From the IMG/VR virus record IMGVR_UViG_3300025892_000008: a stretch of 64,000 nucleotides of DNA, one strand, 5' to 3'. The DNA is from a virus. Taxonomy: Duplodnaviria; Caudoviricetes. Under the pieces are notes generated by a model. The model worked only from the letters and a program-made list of their open reading frames with translations. It searched no databases and was not told the DNA's origin. Shown here one piece after another: positions 36,843 through 46,370 of the stretch. Position numbers and translations under genes: made by a program. Positions within the stretch are counted from its first letter, which is position 1. Each line of letters begins with the position of its first letter.

Positions 36843-38217
36843 ACTAGACAAATATAAAAAAGCAATAGCAGATGCTGCTGGTACAGAAACATTTTGTGTC
36901 TTACCATGGATACATTTCGCTACAAGGCCCAACGGTGATATGCGTCTGTGCTGTTCAGCAAACGCCAGCGGCGCAGGTGAGGACCATGAAGTAGGTTTGG
37001 TAAAAATGGAAAACGGCAAGCCTGCAAACTTTGGTAGGGAAACACCGATGGAAGCATGGAATAACGATTACATGAAAAGTGTAAGGACGACTATGCTTGA
37101 TGGCAAAATACCTGCAAGTTGTAGAAAATGCTTTGAGGAAGAGTCTAAAGGAGTTGCAAGTAAACGTGTTTGGGAAAGTTATACTTGGATGGAAGATGGT
37201 GTTGATATACCTGAACTTATAAGACAAACAAAAGAAGATGGCACAGTTCCTGAAAATTTAAAATATCTAGACTTACGTTTAGGACATACATGTAATATTA
37301 AATGTGTCATGTGTTCACCACACGATAGTAGCAAGTGGGTTGCCGATCATAAAAAATTAATTCCAGTTTTACAAGATCCTGAAGTTAAAAGACAAATGCA
37401 ATGGGATAGAAAAGAGTTCAATAACAAATGGCATGAGAAAGATACATTCTGGGAAGAAATGAATGCACAGATCCCTAACTTAAAACAGGTATACTTTGCA
37501 GGTGGCGAGCCGTTAATGATTAGAGAACACAAAAAATTTATTGAAGAAATTATTAGACAAGGATATCAAGACAAAATACTGTTACGTTATAACAGTAACG
37601 GATTGCTAGTTGATGAAGATTTAATAGAATTATGGAGCAAGTTTAAGAAGGTCAAGTTTGCAGTGAGCATGGATGCTAGTCATGGACGTGATGAATATAT
37701 ACGTTATCCTACAAACTTTGAAACTGTAGAAAAAACTTTGCATATGCTTGATAACACACCTGACAACATACAAACAAGTTTAGCAACAGCAATACAGATA
37801 TTCAACATAAAACACTTGCCTGATTTTATGAAGTGGAAACTTGAAAGCGGATTTAAAAAACTAAATGCAGGAACAGTTCCAGGCGGCATACAAATGGGCG
37901 GTGGCCTAGTTAATATGCACCTGTTGTATATTCCAACATTCCTTAGTATACAAATACTACCTGAAGAAGATAAGCAAGAAGTTAAAGAACGCTTCATGGA
38001 CTTTAAAGATTGGCTATGGAATAACTATAGACAAGATGACGAATATTGGAAACATAATCCATATGGGTGGAAACGTTGGGAAGCAGTTCTTAATCACATG
38101 AATGCACAAGACAACAGTCACCTATTACCAGGCTTTAAAGAATATACAAACAAACTTGATGCTATACGTGGACTGTCAGCAGCCAAAGTATTTCCAGAGT
38201 TAGCACACTTACTGTGA
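36835..38217 (+). CDS. Radical SAM protein 4 with N-terminal Twitch/SPASM-like domain
   Basis: FCVLPW...NGDMRLCC...CRKC; CNIKCVMC; YFAGGEP. Confidence 0.92.
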   Translation: MAELDKYKKAIADAAGTETFCVLPWIHFATRPNGDMRLCCSANASGAGEDHEVGLVKMENGKPANFGRETPMEAWNNDYMKSVRTTMLDGKIPASCRKCFEEESKGVASKRVWESYTWMEDGVDIPELIRQTKEDGTVPENLKYLDLRLGHTCNIKCVMCSPHDSSKWVADHKKLIPVLQDPEVKRQMQWDRKEFNNKWHEKDTFWEEMNAQIPNLKQVYFAGGEPLMIREHKKFIEEIIRQGYQDKILLRYNSNGLLVDEDLIELWSKFKKVKFAVSMDASHGRDEYIRYPTNFETVEKTLHMLDNTPDNIQTSLATAIQIFNIKHLPDFMKWKLESGFKKLNAGTVPGGIQMGGGLVNMHLLYIPTFLSIQILPEEDKQEVKERFMDFKDWLWNNYRQDDEYWKHNPYGWKRWEAVLNHMNAQDNSHLLPGFKEYTNKLDAIRGLSAAKVFPELAHLL

Positions 38218-39179
38218 TTAAACAAGTAATAAATTCGCAAAATCCTAAAACACTTCGTATTGAATATATGATTGGCAATACTTGTAATCACAAGTGTTGG
38301 TATTGTTTTAAAGGCTCAAATGAAGGTGAGTTTAGATGGACTGACAATTTTGATGCTACTACTAAAAACTTTTTCCATCTATTAGATCATTATAAAAAAT
38401 ACGGCAAAGAAAGATTTGAAATACACATTGTAGGCGGTGAACCTACACTATGGCCTGAATTAGGTAAGTTTACAAAACTTCTTAAAGAAAATTATAATTC
38501 TTGGATTAGTATTAGTACTAATGGTTCTCGTACATCAAGGTGGTGGGAACAGTACGGAAAATATTTTGATGATGTAATGATTAGTGTACATCATGAATAT
38601 GCTGATATAGAACATTTAAAGAAAATATCTGATATAGTTTATAAGCAAGGACCTGTTGTAAATGCAATGGTATTAATGGATCCGTTTGCTTGGGATAAGT
38701 GTATAGATATAGTAAAGCAATTACGTACAAGTGAATATAGATGGTTTATAAATGCAATGGAAATTATGCACACAACTATTGATTATACAACTGAACAATT
38801 AAAATATATAAGCAAACCAATAAAGAGATATCCTAATCCTTTATGGATATTAAAAAAATTAAAAAACTTAAAACGTAATCCTAAAGTTGTGTTGGATAAC
38901 GGCAAAACAAAAACTGTAAATAGAAATTGGATCGGATTAAACAAGCAAACTAATTTCAAAGGTTGGTTATGTAACATTGGTGTAGATAATCTTTATATTG
39001 ATAAAGACGGTAGAGTTACAGGTGCGTGTAGAACAGTACTATTTGAAAATTATAACATTAATGATGTAGATTTTATAGAAAAATTTAATCCAGTAATCAA
39101 ACCTAAGATATGTGATATGGATTTTTGCGGATGTCAACCTGAACAGTTGTTAGATAAGGTTAAAGTAGTTCCTTTGTAA
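38214..39179 (+). CDS. Radical SAM protein 5
   Basis: CNHKCWYC, IVGGEPT, STNG, C-terminal CNIG...GAC...C...CGC. Confidence 0.9.
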   Translation: MIKQVINSQNPKTLRIEYMIGNTCNHKCWYCFKGSNEGEFRWTDNFDATTKNFFHLLDHYKKYGKERFEIHIVGGEPTLWPELGKFTKLLKENYNSWISISTNGSRTSRWWEQYGKYFDDVMISVHHEYADIEHLKKISDIVYKQGPVVNAMVLMDPFAWDKCIDIVKQLRTSEYRWFINAMEIMHTTIDYTTEQLKYISKPIKRYPNPLWILKKLKNLKRNPKVVLDNGKTKTVNRNWIGLNKQTNFKGWLCNIGVDNLYIDKDGRVTGACRTVLFENYNINDVDFIEKFNPVIKPKICDMDFCGCQPEQLLDKVKVVPL

Positions 39180-40074
39180 GAGGGATGTCAGCGGCACAAG
39201 TACACCACTTACGAGTACAAGTTATCCAATCTTCCGGTTGTTCAAAACTACCGTCATAAATGTTACCTATACTTCCGCCAACTCTACAAGTAGCACGATG
39301 AACTTCACCGTCCCAATTAATCATTAGGCTTTCTATACCTGCACTACACTTCCAACCTTCAAATTGATTTAGATGTTGTTTAATAACATCGTTGGCATGC
39401 ATTTCTTCTTTATCGTCAATGATGACATTAGGCTTTGCTGTTGATGTTTGATTAAGTATCCATTCTAAATCTTTGCCTTCATATTTTAAATCATTAAACA
39501 CGTCATGGTCACCTTCTGTCCATCGTATTCGTCTTACAACATAAGGAATACTGTGTCCGTCAAACATTGTAGCACACTCTTTTACTCTATCCATAAATTT
39601 ATGATGTGCCATTAAGTTAACTTGAAATGGCTTTTTTGTATATGCACCTTCATTTATCTGAGAAAACATTAACACAGTTTCTGCACATCTTCTCCAATGT
39701 TCATTATCTTCTACATGCAAACTAAACACAATATGATTTACATTAAGGTCACTGTAGTACTGTGCTGTCCGTGTTCCGTTAGTAGTTACATTGATCCAAT
39801 CAACACGCTGACTTGCATGATCAACTAGTTCTGTAAACTGTGGGTGTACACACGGTTCACCGCCTGTAAAACTTACACGAATTGATTTATCAATTTCAGC
39901 AAGTGCATCAACTGCATCTATTAATACTTTAATATGTGTGTGTGGGCTAGTGTTATCGTGTATTTCTGCTGGACAATAACTACAATCAAAGTTACAACGT
40001 TTGCCAAGGTTCCATTCAACATGTATACTATTTTGATGTGGCCATTTGCTTATTACTTTATACATAAGGAGCAA
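39160..40074 (-). CDS. Radical SAM protein 6
   Basis: CNFDCSYC, SFTGGEP, TTNG, C-terminal CSAG...ATC...C...CTC. Confidence 0.9.
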   Translation of the reverse strand: MLLMYKVISKWPHQNSIHVEWNLGKRCNFDCSYCPAEIHDNTSPHTHIKVLIDAVDALAEIDKSIRVSFTGGEPCVHPQFTELVDHASQRVDWINVTTNGTRTAQYYSDLNVNHIVFSLHVEDNEHWRRCAETVLMFSQINEGAYTKKPFQVNLMAHHKFMDRVKECATMFDGHSIPYVVRRIRWTEGDHDVFNDLKYEGKDLEWILNQTSTAKPNVIIDDKEEMHANDVIKQHLNQFEGWKCSAGIESLMINWDGEVHRATCRVGGSIGNIYDGSFEQPEDWITCTRKWCTCAADIPLTKELL

Positions 40075-41326
40075 ACTCAGGGTTGGCTGTGAGAAAGTCT
40101 TGCCCCCTAGTTTTATCTAGATTATGGTTGAATGCTATACAGTCTTGCCAATGTGTGTCGTGCATACATTTAGCCTGTAAAAAATTAATGTTGTCTTGTA
40201 TTTGTTGTAGAGTAACTTTTTTAAGCAATTCATTTTCTTTTATAGCATCATAATTTAAAACTTTGGTTTTCATTGCTTCTAAGTCTTTTATTACTTTTTC
40301 TTTTAGTTCTGGCGGCACTACTTGAGCTGACAAAGACATAGGATAGTTTACTCTGTGTGAGTAAAATACAATACCCATATCGTTTAAGAAATAATCAATA
40401 ACATCACAAATCTGCATAATGTTATTTGCTTGAACTGTGAAAGCACCTACTACTCTACTTACATTAGGAAAACTTTTAAAAATTTTTACATTTTCTTCTA
40501 CTTCACTAAACTTACCATTGCCTCTAATATATTCATATGTGTCATGCAAACCATCTATGCTTACATTTACTGCAACACTTTTAAACTTAGGCCAGTAGTC
40601 ATGAATAGTACGTCCACCTTTAATACCTAATGTTGTGCCGTTAGTAGCATACTTAATTTCTATATTTTCTCCATACTCTGCTAGTCTATCTAAAATTTTA
40701 TAGTGGTATGGATCCATCAATGGTTCTCCACCTGCAAATTCTACACGTCTAAAGAAAGGCAATAGTTTTTCAAAACTACTCCACCAGTTGTCTGAGTTAT
40801 CAAACGGACCTATATACTTTCCAGGTGTATCGACTAGTTTTTCAACTGTAGGAATAAGATAGTTGTTTTCTTTTTTATAAAATTCAGTAACTTGATTCCA
40901 ATCTTTCCATTGTGTGCTATCTAACGGATTGCACATACGACACTTTAAATTACAAAGATTGTTAAGTTTTATTTCCATAGTAGGAAGTTCAAATGGCATT
41001 GTGTAATCTTCGTTCAAAGCATCTAAAGCATCAGGGTATAAGTTTACCCTTGCTTCAGGTATTACTCCTGCTATATGACGCTGTCGTAAGCTCTCTACAC
41101 CCTGATCTTCAAGATCAAAGCACGGCTTACAAACATCTGGTCGCTCGTCATTCATTACCTGGCGCCTGACTTCTTTCATCTTGTCGCCATTCCACACTTC
41201 TTCTACTGTTTCATTTTGTATCCAACCAATTGGTTGACTACGACAGCATACTTTGATAGCACCGTCTTCTCTTGTTGCCAAGCCTGTAAAGGGGTGCATA
41301 CAAAATGTTTTACTTTTGCATGGCAT
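40058..41326 (-). CDS. Radical SAM protein 7 with N-terminal Twitch/SPASM-like domain
   Basis: FCMHPF...DGAIKVCC...CKPC; CNLKCRMC; EFAGGEP. Confidence 0.92.
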   Translation of the reverse strand: MPCKSKTFCMHPFTGLATREDGAIKVCCRSQPIGWIQNETVEEVWNGDKMKEVRRQVMNDERPDVCKPCFDLEDQGVESLRQRHIAGVIPEARVNLYPDALDALNEDYTMPFELPTMEIKLNNLCNLKCRMCNPLDSTQWKDWNQVTEFYKKENNYLIPTVEKLVDTPGKYIGPFDNSDNWWSSFEKLLPFFRRVEFAGGEPLMDPYHYKILDRLAEYGENIEIKYATNGTTLGIKGGRTIHDYWPKFKSVAVNVSIDGLHDTYEYIRGNGKFSEVEENVKIFKSFPNVSRVVGAFTVQANNIMQICDVIDYFLNDMGIVFYSHRVNYPMSLSAQVVPPELKEKVIKDLEAMKTKVLNYDAIKENELLKKVTLQQIQDNINFLQAKCMHDTHWQDCIAFNHNLDKTRGQDFLTANPEFAPYV

Positions 41327-41996
41327 TCATTACTCCCCATTGTCTTTCTTGACACCAGAAACATTTACCGCAGGTTGGAACTACCTGTCCTGGTGTGTAC
41401 GTTGTATAATCCAATCCTTCAAATTCTCCCTCACAACTCCTTGTGATATCAAATAGGCTTTCTATTCCGTGTTGGTGATATTGCCCCACTATCCAATCCT
41501 TTGCTGTCTGTGCAAATGGATGGAACACATCTATGCCCATGTGCTTCATGTGTGTGGGCAGAACGCCCTCATCTCTTTCCGGCAATGCACCCTCAAAGCT
41601 CACATCAGGATTTTTAGTAACTGCTGAATACCAAGCATCCAACTTGTAATTATGTATTATAAACTCATTGTGTGATCTGAGTATGATTCTATTGCCCGAT
41701 TTAGTCTTGCCGTATTCGTCAGTGATGTATGTAGTATTCGGCTCTTCCATTTCCGGCGGTATGAATCCCTCGTGCCTCACAAACTTGTTTTTTGGAAAGT
41801 TGTCAACTAGCCAATGGTATACGTCCAGACTATTCTGTCTCTGCCACGGACGATTCTTCCAGCATCTTACCTGTGTGACAACGTGTATTTCAGCATCGGT
41901 CTGCGTGCAGATTAGATAGGCTAATAGGGCACTATCTGCACCACCACTTAGGCTTATGCCAATCCTTTTCCATTTTGAATTTATACAAAGGTCCAT
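41310..41996 (-). CDS. QueC-like PP-loop ATPase (adenine nucleotide alpha-hydrolase family)
   Basis: ISLSGGADSALL PP-loop; ITRSCE and CGKCFWCQER Zn-site pattern; start set by TAAATA-N5-ATG. Confidence 0.7.
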   Translation of the reverse strand: MDLCINSKWKRIGISLSGGADSALLAYLICTQTDAEIHVVTQVRCWKNRPWQRQNSLDVYHWLVDNFPKNKFVRHEGFIPPEMEEPNTTYITDEYGKTKSGNRIILRSHNEFIIHNYKLDAWYSAVTKNPDVSFEGALPERDEGVLPTHMKHMGIDVFHPFAQTAKDWIVGQYHQHGIESLFDITRSCEGEFEGLDYTTYTPGQVVPTCGKCFWCQERQWGVMNAMQK

Positions 41997-42053
41997 GTAG
42001 ATATTTACCAGTAAATATGTGCAGTTAATTATTTCATGGTAAATATTAGTATG
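41994..42053. promoter_or_regulatory. Divergent TAAATA-N5-ATG promoters
   Basis: TATTTA at 42002-42007 for ATG 41996 (-); TAAATA at 42040-42045 for ATG 42051 (+). Confidence 0.7.
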
Positions 42054-42704
42054 CTTGAAAAAACGCAATATTTTGCTGACATAGAAAAACACTCCTTTGA
42101 TGGGTTCAGTGATAAGACAATTCTGAATCAACCCACGGGAGATTTTTTCTACGACCCTTGGATCATCAAGGACGAATACAAGGGAACCATGTGGGAAGAA
42201 ATACTATCCACTCTGCCCGAACAGCATGGCGAAGCAAGGATTATAGTGATGGAGCCAGGAACCACCTACATGGCACATTCCGACATAGATGATAGATGGC
42301 ACCTTAATCTACAGGGCAAAGAGAGTTATCTCATAGACTTGGATAACCTTGACATGCATGCACTTAGCCGCGACGGATGTTGGTATATCATGGATGCTGG
42401 CAAGAAACACGTTGCATCGAACTTTGGACCCGTGGATAGAATACAATTAGTAGTTAGGCAGTTGCTGAACCCAACAACGGAAAAGAATCTAGTGGAAGTT
42501 AGTATTAAGCCATCGGCGGAAAAATTTGATTATCGCTTTCAGTTTGACAAGCATGTGAGTCCATGGCTCAATCGTATTAACAAGCAGGGACTAATGAAGG
42601 ACTTTGCTCCTGACGGGAGCAGTGTTAGTTTTAAGATTGTAGAGTCAGCACTAGAAGATTTAAAGTTAACTAGCGACTTCGAAATCACTACTTCTAGAGT
42701 GTAA
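42051..42704 (+). CDS. Fe(II)/2OG oxygenase 1 (Asp/Asn beta-hydroxylase-like)
   Basis: ARIIVMEPG..Y.AHSD...HL...DAGKKHVASN....RIQLVV. Confidence 0.78.
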   Translation: MLEKTQYFADIEKHSFDGFSDKTILNQPTGDFFYDPWIIKDEYKGTMWEEILSTLPEQHGEARIIVMEPGTTYMAHSDIDDRWHLNLQGKESYLIDLDNLDMHALSRDGCWYIMDAGKKHVASNFGPVDRIQLVVRQLLNPTTEKNLVEVSIKPSAEKFDYRFQFDKHVSPWLNRINKQGLMKDFAPDGSSVSFKIVESALEDLKLTSDFEITTSRV

Positions 42705-43313
42705 TACAAGCAACACCACATCTTCTCCTGTGTTGTTATACATCTTGTGTTTGAATTGTGCATTAAAACAAAAAGCATCATAATCCATTAGATCAAAACT
42801 CTCATTGTCGACGTGTATAATGCAGCCCTTGCTATCAGGTTTGCTCAACGGAATGATTATGTTTGTCCTTCCAGTTTCGGATTTTTCAGGACTGGTTGTT
42901 TGATCATAGTGTTCGAATATGAACGTGTTCGCACTGCAATGATGGAATGCACCATATGTCAGGGGAAGTTTCGTTATATGATTTATAATGCTAGAATACT
43001 TTTCCTTAATGCTGCCATCTATATCTTCATTAAGTGATTGATCGTAAAACTTTAAGAAATACCAGTCAAACTCTTTGTCGTAGTCTTTAATAGGATTGAC
43101 TTCGGTTTCGCCGTTTTCGTAATAGGTAATTTTATCATCCTTACCGTGAACGTGATAGCAGATATCCGATTTATCGTTTTTTATTTTGACTCTTTGGACA
43201 ACGTCTTTACCTATATCAACTTCTTTTAAAAAGTTTTTTACGATATCTTTTAGATCCAGTATTTCTCTTTTGTAGGTATAATCCTCAAAGGATCGTGTCT
43301 TGTTTACCATCAT
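42666..43313 (-). CDS. Fe(II)/2OG oxygenase 2 (Asp/Asn beta-hydroxylase-like)
   Basis: IFEHYD...NIIIPL...FNAQFKHKMYN....VVLLV; TAAATA-N5-ATG start. Confidence 0.72.
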   Translation of the reverse strand: MMVNKTRSFEDYTYKREILDLKDIVKNFLKEVDIGKDVVQRVKIKNDKSDICYHVHGKDDKITYYENGETEVNPIKDYDKEFDWYFLKFYDQSLNEDIDGSIKEKYSSIINHITKLPLTYGAFHHCSANTFIFEHYDQTTSPEKSETGRTNIIIPLSKPDSKGCIIHVDNESFDLMDYDAFCFNAQFKHKMYNNTGEDVVLLVLHSRSSDFEVAS

Positions 43314-43321
43314 GCTCATAT

Positions 43322-43666
43322 TTATGATCCTTCTACCTTAACAAAAATATATTGATCATCTTCCTCAATTATTGTTCCTGATCTTCCTGCTTCGTTAAAA
43401 ATATCTTTGCCTATTTCTTCAAAATATTCATAAGCATTTCTGTGGAAATAATTTAGAGTGCAGGTATCAGACACTCTTAAAAAATACCAAGCAAAGTCCT
43501 TACAAGCATACGATTTATGACACACAAACAATTTTCCACCTTCATTATGCCATAATAGTCTGTCTTGAACTTTAATGATAAACGCAGTGTCAGGAGGACT
43601 GTTTACATCATTTGCCCTTGTCATTACGTCTTGCCTGAATTCTTTAATAGTAGCACTTTTTAGCAT
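43322..43666 (-). CDS. Hypothetical protein (114 aa)
   Basis: TAAATA(43677-43672)-N5-ATG start at MLKSAT. Confidence 0.55.
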   Translation of the reverse strand: MLKSATIKEFRQDVMTRANDVNSPPDTAFIIKVQDRLLWHNEGGKLFVCHKSYACKDFAWYFLRVSDTCTLNYFHRNAYEYFEEIGKDIFNEAGRSGTIIEEDDQYIFVKVEGS

Positions 43667-43695
43667 AAGTATATTTATTATATGGAGTATTGGCA

Positions 43696-44607
43696 GTGAA
43701 AATATTAATGACAGGATCATCGGGATTCATAGGTTCTCATCTATCTGAAAGGCTAAAGAATCACGAAGTGCATCACTTGAAAAGTGATTTGCTAGATCAT
43801 CAATCAGTTGCTGGTGAAGTATTATCAGTAAAACCTGATATTATTGTTCATCTTGCTGCACGTACAGAAGTAGAACAAAGTTTTTACGAGCAGATTACAT
43901 TTAGTGAAATTAATTATGTTGGAACAGTTAACTTAATTGAAACAGCAGCCAAGGTAAAAAATTTAAGAAACTTTGTATTTGCAAGTACAATGGAAGTATA
44001 CGGTTGGCAACCTATTTCAGATGAAATTGAAGAACACGGTACACCAAAGCAATCTATAGCATTTGATGAGTACACTGTTCCTAATCCTAATGCTCCGTAT
44101 GCAGTTGCAAAGTATGGTTGTGAAAAGTATTTAGAATATGCACATCGCTGTTATAACTTTCCTTTTACAGCTCTAAGGCAAACAAACTGCTATGGTAGAA
44201 AAGACAATCAGTTTTTTGTAACTGAACAAATTATTAATCAAATGTTAACTAATCCAGATGAGTGCAACTTAGGTTATGCTGAGCCTTATCGTAATTTTAT
44301 TTTTGTTGACGATATGCTAGATGCCTGGGAAACAGTAATTAACAATCCTGACAAATGTAATGACGGAAGTATCTTTACAATTGGTCCAGATAATCCTATC
44401 AAGATTAGAGACTATGCAGAACTAATTGCTAAAAAGTTAGACTGGAAAGGAACTATTAATTGGGATACAAAACTATTTCGTGCAGGAGAGATTTACTGGC
44501 TTAACTCCAACAATACACTAATTAAGAAAAAACTAGGGTGGGAACCAAAAGTTACACTAGACGATGGACTTGATAAAACTATCAAGATATGGAAGGCTAA
44601 AGTATGA
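43696..44607 (+). CDS. NAD-dependent nucleotide-sugar epimerase/dehydratase (dTDP-glucose 4,6-dehydratase-like)
   Basis: TGSSGFIGSHL, VHLAA, FASTMEVYG, PYAVAKYG, LRQTN.YG; GTG start 8 nt after GGAG. Confidence 0.88.
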   Translation: MKILMTGSSGFIGSHLSERLKNHEVHHLKSDLLDHQSVAGEVLSVKPDIIVHLAARTEVEQSFYEQITFSEINYVGTVNLIETAAKVKNLRNFVFASTMEVYGWQPISDEIEEHGTPKQSIAFDEYTVPNPNAPYAVAKYGCEKYLEYAHRCYNFPFTALRQTNCYGRKDNQFFVTEQIINQMLTNPDECNLGYAEPYRNFIFVDDMLDAWETVINNPDKCNDGSIFTIGPDNPIKIRDYAELIAKKLDWKGTINWDTKLFRAGEIYWLNSNNTLIKKKLGWEPKVTLDDGLDKTIKIWKAKV

Positions 44608-45281
44608 AGTGGAATTCATATTTAAAACTTGACAGCATAGGTAGTCCTTGTATGGCACAGCAAACCTACGAGCCATTAGTAAGTGAGGATGGTAAGACAT
44701 TTTGCAAAAACTATTCATTTCCGAACGAATACCAATATAGAGATATCAAGGACCGCCCTCTATACACAAAGGAAGTTGTTGATTGGTTTTTCCAAAATGA
44801 ACTAGCATTCATAGAATATTTCAAGAGTAAGCCTTACGCTCCTGAAATTAAGGACATCGATTATGCCAATCAAAAAATATATCTAAAGTGGTATAGTGAA
44901 AGTTGCAACCAAGTAATGTATAGCGGCCGCGATTGGCCACAAGCACAATGGCGCAAACAGATTAGAGACATAATTATCGATCAGTATGATGAGGGTGTTT
45001 ATAAGTTAACTATGTATCCACACTGCCACTACATTGATGATAATGATAACATGCGGGCAATTGATTGGTATGGATGTGTTCCGGTTGACGAGCCATTCAT
45101 TGAAGAAAAATACATGCAGGGAATTATACACGAGACCGCACAATTTAGATTAGACGAAACCGGCAAACCTATTGAAGATAAACTAAACTTAGAAATAATG
45201 TTCCAACGCAGCCTAAGCACACATGTATTATGGGGAGATCAAGACATGAGTTATATCTACAAGGAATTATTTAATGCCTAA
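44604..45281 (+). CDS. Protein-kinase-like fold protein with degenerate catalytic loop (paralog A)
   Basis: TFCKNY (beta3 Lys), NEL (alphaC Glu), GVYKLTMYPHCHYID in place of HRDLKPEN, RAIDWYG in place of DFG. Confidence 0.55.
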   Translation: MKWNSYLKLDSIGSPCMAQQTYEPLVSEDGKTFCKNYSFPNEYQYRDIKDRPLYTKEVVDWFFQNELAFIEYFKSKPYAPEIKDIDYANQKIYLKWYSESCNQVMYSGRDWPQAQWRKQIRDIIIDQYDEGVYKLTMYPHCHYIDDNDNMRAIDWYGCVPVDEPFIEEKYMQGIIHETAQFRLDETGKPIEDKLNLEIMFQRSLSTHVLWGDQDMSYIYKELFNA

Positions 45282-45846
45282 ATATTTTGGAACTACAAAT
45301 AATATTATAGACTGGGATTCTATTGTAGACGTCTGTAAAAAATGTACAACAGGAGATGTTAATACTCCGGTTGCTGTAATTGATAGAAGCGAAACAGAAG
45401 CCGAAGGCACACTGTTAGAAAGTTATAGAGATATAATGAATACTTGGCTTGAAGCAGGTTATAAACTAGAAGAAATAAAATGGGTTGACTATTATCCTGG
45501 AGAACATTTTGATATTGATATACAAAACAAATTTGCAAAAATAGTAGATGCACAACCTTTAAGAGTGTTTGTAAGTGATGTTGCTCCAGGAAACAATGTA
45601 CCTTACCATTGGGACGTAGAAGATAAAGAAGAAGAATGGTTAGCACAAGGTGAACTTAAACGTTGGGTATGTTTTATAGACAAACCGCGTTGGGGTAATG
45701 TATTAGTATTAGAAGAACAAGCATATCATAATATAGCTCAAGGCGAAATATGGGAATGGGATAATTATCGTAGTCACCATGCAGGAACTAGTATGGGCGT
45801 ACATCACCAGTACTTGTTTCATTTTTTAGGAAGGCCAAACAAATGA
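45274..45846 (+). CDS. Fe(II)/2OG oxygenase 3
   Basis: VPYHWD...SHHAGT (HxD...H). Confidence 0.75.
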   Translation: MPKYFGTTNNIIDWDSIVDVCKKCTTGDVNTPVAVIDRSETEAEGTLLESYRDIMNTWLEAGYKLEEIKWVDYYPGEHFDIDIQNKFAKIVDAQPLRVFVSDVAPGNNVPYHWDVEDKEEEWLAQGELKRWVCFIDKPRWGNVLVLEEQAYHNIAQGEIWEWDNYRSHHAGTSMGVHHQYLFHFLGRPNK

Positions 45847-46370
45847 AAAATTTAGGAGTATGTGATACTATTGACTGGGATAGTGTAATAGAACAATGTG
45901 CAAGTGTTGATCCAGAGTTTGTAGGGCCAAGCCACAAACGTGGAGATACTATTCCTGGACTAGATCCTATATTAGATATGTGGGTGGAAGCAGGATATAA
46001 AACTGTACATGAAGGCGGCACAGCAGGATGGGATATGTTTATTCCGGGAAAGCAGTTTGATGAAAGTGTAGTTGATGAATGGAATACATACTATGGATTA
46101 GAATGTAATAATGTTTGGATCAGTAGAGTATGGCCTGGACGATTTGCTCCTATACACTGGGACGTACATGATGACGAAGTTAATTTACCTGACTGTCCAA
46201 GATATCATTGTCACATAGGAAAACCACAATGGGGACATATTTTTATTGCAGATGAAGAATTATTTTATAACCAGCCACAGGGCACAACTTGGCAATGGAC
46301 TGATAGAAAGATATGGCATGCAGGAACAAACTGTGGAACACAACCTAAATATATATGGAATGCATGGTAA
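45843..46370 (+). CDS. Fe(II)/2OG oxygenase 4 (tandem paralog of oxygenase 3)
   Basis: APIHWD...IWHAGTN...KY; shares IDWDS, PG..FD and KP.WG with the previous gene. Confidence 0.75.
   Translation: MKNLGVCDTIDWDSVIEQCASVDPEFVGPSHKRGDTIPGLDPILDMWVEAGYKTVHEGGTAGWDMFIPGKQFDESVVDEWNTYYGLECNNVWISRVWPGRFAPIHWDVHDDEVNLPDCPRYHCHIGKPQWGHIFIADEELFYNQPQGTTWQWTDRKIWHAGTNCGTQPKYIWNAW

Noticed and set aside
41996-42131. Longer N-termini in the ORF track (also 36213-36335, 43667-43720, 53171-53308)
   Set aside because: They overlap divergent genes; internal ATGs with the TAAATA-N5 signature explain the starts better.
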